Of a DNA stretch of 37,051 nt, positions 33,280 through 37,051 are shown piece after piece (the stretch's first letter is position 1; every line of letters begins with the position of its first letter). The position numbers and the translations under genes were made by a program. The notes under the pieces are model-generated. The model was given only the letters and a program-made list of their open reading frames with translations, made no database searches and was not told the origin of the DNA. The DNA comes from a virus. Lineage: Duplodnaviria > Caudoviricetes. The stretch lies in the IMG/VR virus record IMGVR_UViG_3300044780_000032, positions 1 to 37,051 of that record. One strand, written 5' to 3'.

Positions 33280-33355
33280 GGACAGCTCCTGGAAGTGCGA
33301 CGATTGCGAGAATAACTGCGATTACGAGCCCCACCACCCAGCCAATGGCGGTCAT
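33191..33355 (-). CDS. Putative 54-aa single-TM peptide overlapping the polymerase start
   Basis: ATGA coupling to the ParB-MTase stop; MTAIGWVVGLVIAVILAIVALPGAV...; translated by hand. Confidence 0.45.
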   Translation of the reverse strand: MTAIGWVVGLVIAVILAIVALPGAVRGISILFKQKSSTEGADKRAGSSRRGGPG

Positions 33356-34641
33356 TCCGCCGCCTTGATCCTGGCGAGTTTCGCTCGTGTCTCGTCAAGC
33401 TCGACGCCGGTGGCGAGGCACTTGACCTCCGACGCGGCAGAGAAGATGACACCGGAGCCGCAGAACGGGTCGATCACTTCGCAGCCGGGGAGGACGCTCC
33501 TCGACAAGAGTTCGACATACAGCTCCTTCGGCTTCTCCGCTTGTTGCAGGTCCGCTCCGTATGTAGTCTCGATCACGTCCCCCGCAACCTTGAGCGTAGG
33601 CCGATCCCCCTTGATCGCATAGATAATGAGTTCGTATGTGCGCTTCGGGTACTTCGTTACGTCCGGGGCCATCGCCTTCCCCCGCTTCCACCAGACGATC
33701 GGATAGTCCCACACCCTCCATCCGGCACGGGTTAGCGCGTTCTGTATCGTGATGAGCCAGCGGAGGTCGCAGAACCAGTACAGGTGTGCCTGCGTTCGAG
33801 TGATTCGAAATAGTTCCTGTGGGACAGTATTCAGAATGAGCTTGAGACTTTCTGCCGAGTCGTTATAGTGATGCGTGTGCTCCACCAACGAACCACTCTG
33901 GTCGATGTCGATTCCGTAAGGAGGATCGGTGAGTACGCAGTCGTAAAGCCCCGCAGGGAGCGTCTTGAGGAGTTCGCAGGAGTTTCCCACAAGGAGCTTG
34001 TGCCGCGTCTCCACACCCTCGGCCTCGAGCAAATCCGCGAGAGAGTCCACGAGGATACGCTCCGTCACCTTCTTCACCGCGGCAGCGGCCTCTTTCAGGG
34101 TCTTCGCATTTCGAACTTCCGGATTGTCGAGATGCTGCGCGATGACGAGCTCCTGCCCCACCGTCACAACGTGTGTCCGAGTGGCGCCACTCCGGGCAAG
34201 CTCTTCCGCGAAATCCTTCTGCGTATATGTCTTTCCCTGCTCCATCGCCTGCATTTTTCGGAGGTCGAAGAGTTTTTTCCTCGCCTGGACCTGTTCGATC
34301 GCAGTCAGGTCTTTCCGTTTCACGTTCTCCTCGAGTTCAACTTCGAGCAGCGCGATCGACTCTGTTTCGTGCGTGTGGAGGTAGGGCACCATGTCCACAG
34401 GAACCGGGTCCCCGCCACACAGGAACTCCTGTTCGGCACTGATCAAGTCTCGCATTGCCCGGAGTCGCCGCTCGCCAGCAACCAGAGCGAACGTGCCATC
34501 GGGCTGTGGCGCGAGGGTAATTGGGTGCAGCAGTCCGTGCTTCATGATGCTCATGCAAAGTTCGTCGTGCGCATCTTCATCGAACTCTTTCCGCATCCTG
34601 TCGTCCGGCACGCGAACCTTGTCCAGCTTGACGTAGTGCAT
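33352..34641 (-). CDS. ParB/Srx-domain fused to an N6A/N4C DNA methyltransferase (beta class)
   Basis: SI..HGLLHPI...LVAGERRLRA...EEN..R.DL (ParB); TDPPY precedes EKP and DPFCGSG (beta motif order). Confidence 0.88.
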   Translation of the reverse strand: MHYVKLDKVRVPDDRMRKEFDEDAHDELCMSIMKHGLLHPITLAPQPDGTFALVAGERRLRAMRDLISAEQEFLCGGDPVPVDMVPYLHTHETESIALLEVELEENVKRKDLTAIEQVQARKKLFDLRKMQAMEQGKTYTQKDFAEELARSGATRTHVVTVGQELVIAQHLDNPEVRNAKTLKEAAAAVKKVTERILVDSLADLLEAEGVETRHKLLVGNSCELLKTLPAGLYDCVLTDPPYGIDIDQSGSLVEHTHHYNDSAESLKLILNTVPQELFRITRTQAHLYWFCDLRWLITIQNALTRAGWRVWDYPIVWWKRGKAMAPDVTKYPKRTYELIIYAIKGDRPTLKVAGDVIETTYGADLQQAEKPKELYVELLSRSVLPGCEVIDPFCGSGVIFSAASEVKCLATGVELDETRAKLARIKAAE

Positions 34642-34657
34642 CTGTCCTCCCTCGGGT

Positions 34658-34696
34658 AAGAAGAAAGCCCCCTCAAGTTGAAGGGGCTTCTTTCTT
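34658..34696 (-). terminator. Rho-independent terminator after the SSB-like gene, possibly bidirectional
   Basis: AAGCCCCTTCAACTTGAGGGGGCTT hairpin followed by TCTTCTT on the minus strand. Confidence 0.7.
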
Positions 34697-35183
34697 ACTG
34701 CCGCGGAAGGGGATTGCGGATTTCCGCGTAGCGCTTCTCCGGGTCCTTATCGTCCTGGCGGAAGTACAGATCCCCGTTGAACACCTGCCCCTTGAGCATC
34801 CCGATACGGAACGGCTGGCCGGGCACATTGAGGCCGGTGGCTTCACGAATCGCCCCGAGCGTGATGTTCTTGCCGGGGCCGAGTTCCCACGCACCGGAGG
34901 GCGTCAGGTCAGCCCAGCCGGAATAGCGCCCGAAGAACTTGTCACGCCCGATTGCTTCCGCGATGTTCGAGCCGTCCGGTGCCGACTGATGCGCGTCGGC
35001 TTCGCAGGTGAACTCGAGCCGGTAGGAGTCCTTCCCTCCGGGCTCCTTCGCGTCGAACTTCTTCAGCGCGATTTCCGTGATCTGAAAGTTGTACCGACCC
35101 GCCGGGGGATCGACACGCTTCGTTGCCATCTCCGAGGAAATCTCGTTCTCGAAGAACTGGGCAGGATCAAACATGCTAGTCAT
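34695..35183 (-). CDS. Putative single-stranded DNA-binding protein (DUF669-like)
   Basis: PPAGRYNFQI N-terminal strand pattern and C-terminal ..YAEI; directly downstream of the Sak4-like gene; AGGAG RBS. Confidence 0.65.
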   Translation of the reverse strand: MTSMFDPAQFFENEISSEMATKRVDPPAGRYNFQITEIALKKFDAKEPGGKDSYRLEFTCEADAHQSAPDGSNIAEAIGRDKFFGRYSGWADLTPSGAWELGPGKNITLGAIREATGLNVPGQPFRIGMLKGQVFNGDLYFRQDDKDPEKRYAEIRNPLPRQ

Positions 35184-35236
35184 AGCACTACTCCTGTGGT
35201 TGGAAATTGCGGCGATTTAGCAGTCGCCGCCTCTGC

Positions 35237-36106
35237 TCAAAGCTGTTGCGCACTTTCGTTCGCCTTCTTCCATGCGGTAACCACGGGGCCGTAATCCTGC
35301 GGCATAGCGTCGAAGATACCAAGGTGCCGTGACTTGAGGTCCGCGACACCGGGATAGTTCGTGGACCACAGCCAATTTCGATCTTTCCGAAACGCGTAGA
35401 ACACGTCGTCGAAGTACAGTGGGACCTTCGGCGCAAGCTTCTTCCCCGGGGCCGATACCATGATCTTCGTTCCGCCGGTGATCGCGTCCTCCTCTCGCTC
35501 TTCGTGGGCATTCACAACGAGGAAGGACGGGATGGAGAAACACAGAAGCTGGATCTGCGACAGCACCCGACCCATTGCGATCCCCCATTCACCCTGATCG
35601 AACACCGGCTTCTCGCCCCCAACCAGGCCCATCGCCATGATGCCGATACCGGAGAGGGAGTCGATGGCGAGGGCCCAGCCTTGTCCGAGCTTGTCCGCCA
35701 TGCCATAGCTCTTGCCGGTGCGGTCACCTCGGAGGTTAGCGAGCGTGTTGAGGACCTCGATGTACTGATTGTGCTGCGCGCGGAAGGGGTCTTGGTAGTT
35801 CGCCAGTTGCTTCCGGTCGAGCACGTTGATCTGCTTCGCCATGTTGATGGCCGCCTGGAGATTCGGCTTCATCGGCGGGATGTAGCGCCAGTCTACCCAC
35901 TCCGGATCAGTGTCAGCGAGCGAACGCATTCCCGGCTCGGTAAAGATGACGAACACCTTGATCCCCATCTGCCGGAAGGTGCGGAGCGCGTGCGTCTTCC
36001 CGTTGCCAGTACCACCGATGACGAGAATCTTCGCCCCGTATTCCGGCGGCTTGTGGACTGGCAATATCGCGGCGCCGGGAGGTGGTGTATTAGAGAGTTG
36101 ACTCAT
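35237..36106 (-). CDS. AAA_24 / Sak4-like ATPase (RecA-fold annealing protein)
   Basis: KILVIGGTGNGKT (Walker A), LAIDSLS (Walker B), VVNAHE and YFDDV; paired with an SSB-like gene. Confidence 0.8.
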   Translation of the reverse strand: MSQLSNTPPPGAAILPVHKPPEYGAKILVIGGTGNGKTHALRTFRQMGIKVFVIFTEPGMRSLADTDPEWVDWRYIPPMKPNLQAAINMAKQINVLDRKQLANYQDPFRAQHNQYIEVLNTLANLRGDRTGKSYGMADKLGQGWALAIDSLSGIGIMAMGLVGGEKPVFDQGEWGIAMGRVLSQIQLLCFSIPSFLVVNAHEEREEDAITGGTKIMVSAPGKKLAPKVPLYFDDVFYAFRKDRNWLWSTNYPGVADLKSRHLGIFDAMPQDYGPVVTAWKKANESAQQL

Positions 36107-36540
36107 TGCGTTTCGTCTCCGTTGAGCTTGATACTGCGGTGCCCCAGCTTGCTAAGGACGTCGTCCCGGATCTTGCTTGCCGTCTCTTCGAGTGTAATCA
36201 ACAGGTGTATTCCGAGGCGCGCCTTTATCACCGTTGCCTCGCGGTGCGCAATCAGCTCACTGATGCGGTGCTGCCAGCTAGCTTCGATCCTGGCATCACC
36301 ATTCCACAACGGGATTCTGACCAAAGGCTCGTCCGCCCCGTCAAAGACGGTGACCTGAGAATCTCCAAACTCGAGTGTGAGTTCGCGTCGGCTTTCTTTT
36401 TTGGCGACCTCATACGCATCTGCCGCAGACTGTGCTATCGAATGGCCCGCGTCGTACCCCTCCTGATACGCCTTTTTCACTTCCATATGGTGCGCGTACT
36501 CCTCCGCCCCTTGCTGTTCCTTGCGAGCTTTCTTTCTCAT
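36103..36540 (-). CDS. Hypothetical protein, 145 aa (MRKKARKEQQ...)
   Basis: Start revised to ATG 36540 (GGAG RBS, ATGA overlap with the upstream stop). Confidence 0.7.
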   Translation of the reverse strand: MRKKARKEQQGAEEYAHHMEVKKAYQEGYDAGHSIAQSAADAYEVAKKESRRELTLEFGDSQVTVFDGADEPLVRIPLWNGDARIEASWQHRISELIAHREATVIKARLGIHLLITLEETASKIRDDVLSKLGHRSIKLNGDETQ

Positions 36541-36839
36541 TGCGTTCTCCGTAATAGTTGACAATGCACAATGAACTCCCGTTCGAGGAGGGAGTTCGGA
36601 CAGCTCAATCCTGAATCGTATGTATCAAGCAGGCTCCCCGGCACGTCACCCGCGAAACGTGGCTGACATTTCTCGCAGGTAAAGTACACCGAGTACCACG
36701 TCGTGGGCTGCTGTTCGCTGATCCTGCGCGCCCAAATGTTACCACAGACCGAACACAGGTAGGCGCAGTTCCACCCGTACCTCCCCGGCCCATAGGGGGG
36801 AATCATGAATACGCTATTCCCTATGAGCAGGGTGTCCAT
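36537..36839 (-). CDS. Putative zinc-binding protein, 100 aa
   Basis: CSVC...CEKC cysteine pairs. Confidence 0.65.
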   Translation of the reverse strand: MDTLLIGNSVFMIPPYGPGRYGWNCAYLCSVCGNIWARRISEQQPTTWYSVYFTCEKCQPRFAGDVPGSLLDTYDSGLSCPNSLLEREFIVHCQLLRRTQ

Positions 36840-36848
36840 GGGCTAGGG

Positions 36849-37034
36849 CTAGTCGAAGTTCAGTACGAGCGGTGCGGGCGGCGGTGCTTTCGGCTCGTCC
36901 GGGATCACGCGGGAGCAGATCGTAACAGTTATTGTTCCGTTGGGGACTACCCAATTCGCAATCTCCCGAAGGTCGAACGTTTGGAAGTGCCGCTGGCCCT
37001 TGTAGTCGATCACCGTGTGAAGCATCCGCGGCAT
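36849..37034 (-). CDS. Hypothetical protein, 61 aa
   Basis: GAGG RBS; TGATG coupling to an upstream truncated gene ending ...EIEVL*. Confidence 0.6.
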   Translation of the reverse strand: MPRMLHTVIDYKGQRHFQTFDLREIANWVVPNGTITVTICSRVIPDEPKAPPPAPLVLNFD

Positions 37035-37051
37035 CAGAGCACCTCAATCTC

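Larger units (their letters stand above)
1..37051. mobile_element. Near-complete podovirus-like dsDNA phage genome
   Basis: TerL, portal, capsid, adaptor, nozzle and ejection genes with no tape measure or sheath gene; holin, endolysin and spanins; phage-type PolA module; no host housekeeping genes or integrase seen. Confidence 0.95.

Noticed and set aside
11876-34641. GT, ParB-MTase and UDG-polymerase read as one DNA hypermodification system
   Set aside because: The GT lies about 20 kb away in the head module on the other strand, and no hydroxymethylase, kinase or TET/JBP gene is visible. This cannot be fully excluded without nucleoside analysis.
1-37051. Stop-codon reassignment, diversity-generating retroelement, integrase/att sites, tRNA genes
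   Set aside because: Genes are intact in the standard code and end in all three stop codons. I recognised no reverse transcriptase, near-identical TR/VR pair, recombinase or tRNA cloverleaf.

Overview
The window is most of the genome of a tailed dsDNA phage with podovirus-type architecture, roughly 60% GC by eye. An Rz/Rz1-type spanin pair implies a Gram-negative host. The + strand (4268-29415) carries one long late block: putative TerS, a PD-(D/E)XK nuclease, TerL, portal, scaffold, major capsid, a GT-A glycosyltransferase, adaptor, two tandem paralogous short fibres, a lysis cassette, nozzle, a longer fibre and four ejection-type proteins, the last of 1859 aa. The - strand carries the replication block (29451-37051): an HTH protein, a stand-alone DUF3987-like ATPase, a family A DNA polymerase fused to a family-4 uracil-DNA glycosylase domain with His at the E. 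coli 762-equivalent position, a ParB-methyltransferase fusion, an SSB-like protein and a Sak4-like ATPase. Small early genes (1-3818) also lie on the - strand, behind sigma70-like promoters. I see no integrase, RNA polymerase, primase, tRNA or CRISPR array. The two window ends do not join in frame, so some sequence is probably missing. The most notable observations are the UDG-PolA(H762)/DUF3987 module with no visible primase, the glycosyltransferase directly behind the capsid gene, a related 27-bp palindrome at both ends of the late block, and several small overlapping genes that the ORF track missed or mis-started. All product calls come from motifs recognised by eye and from gene order; no database searches were run.
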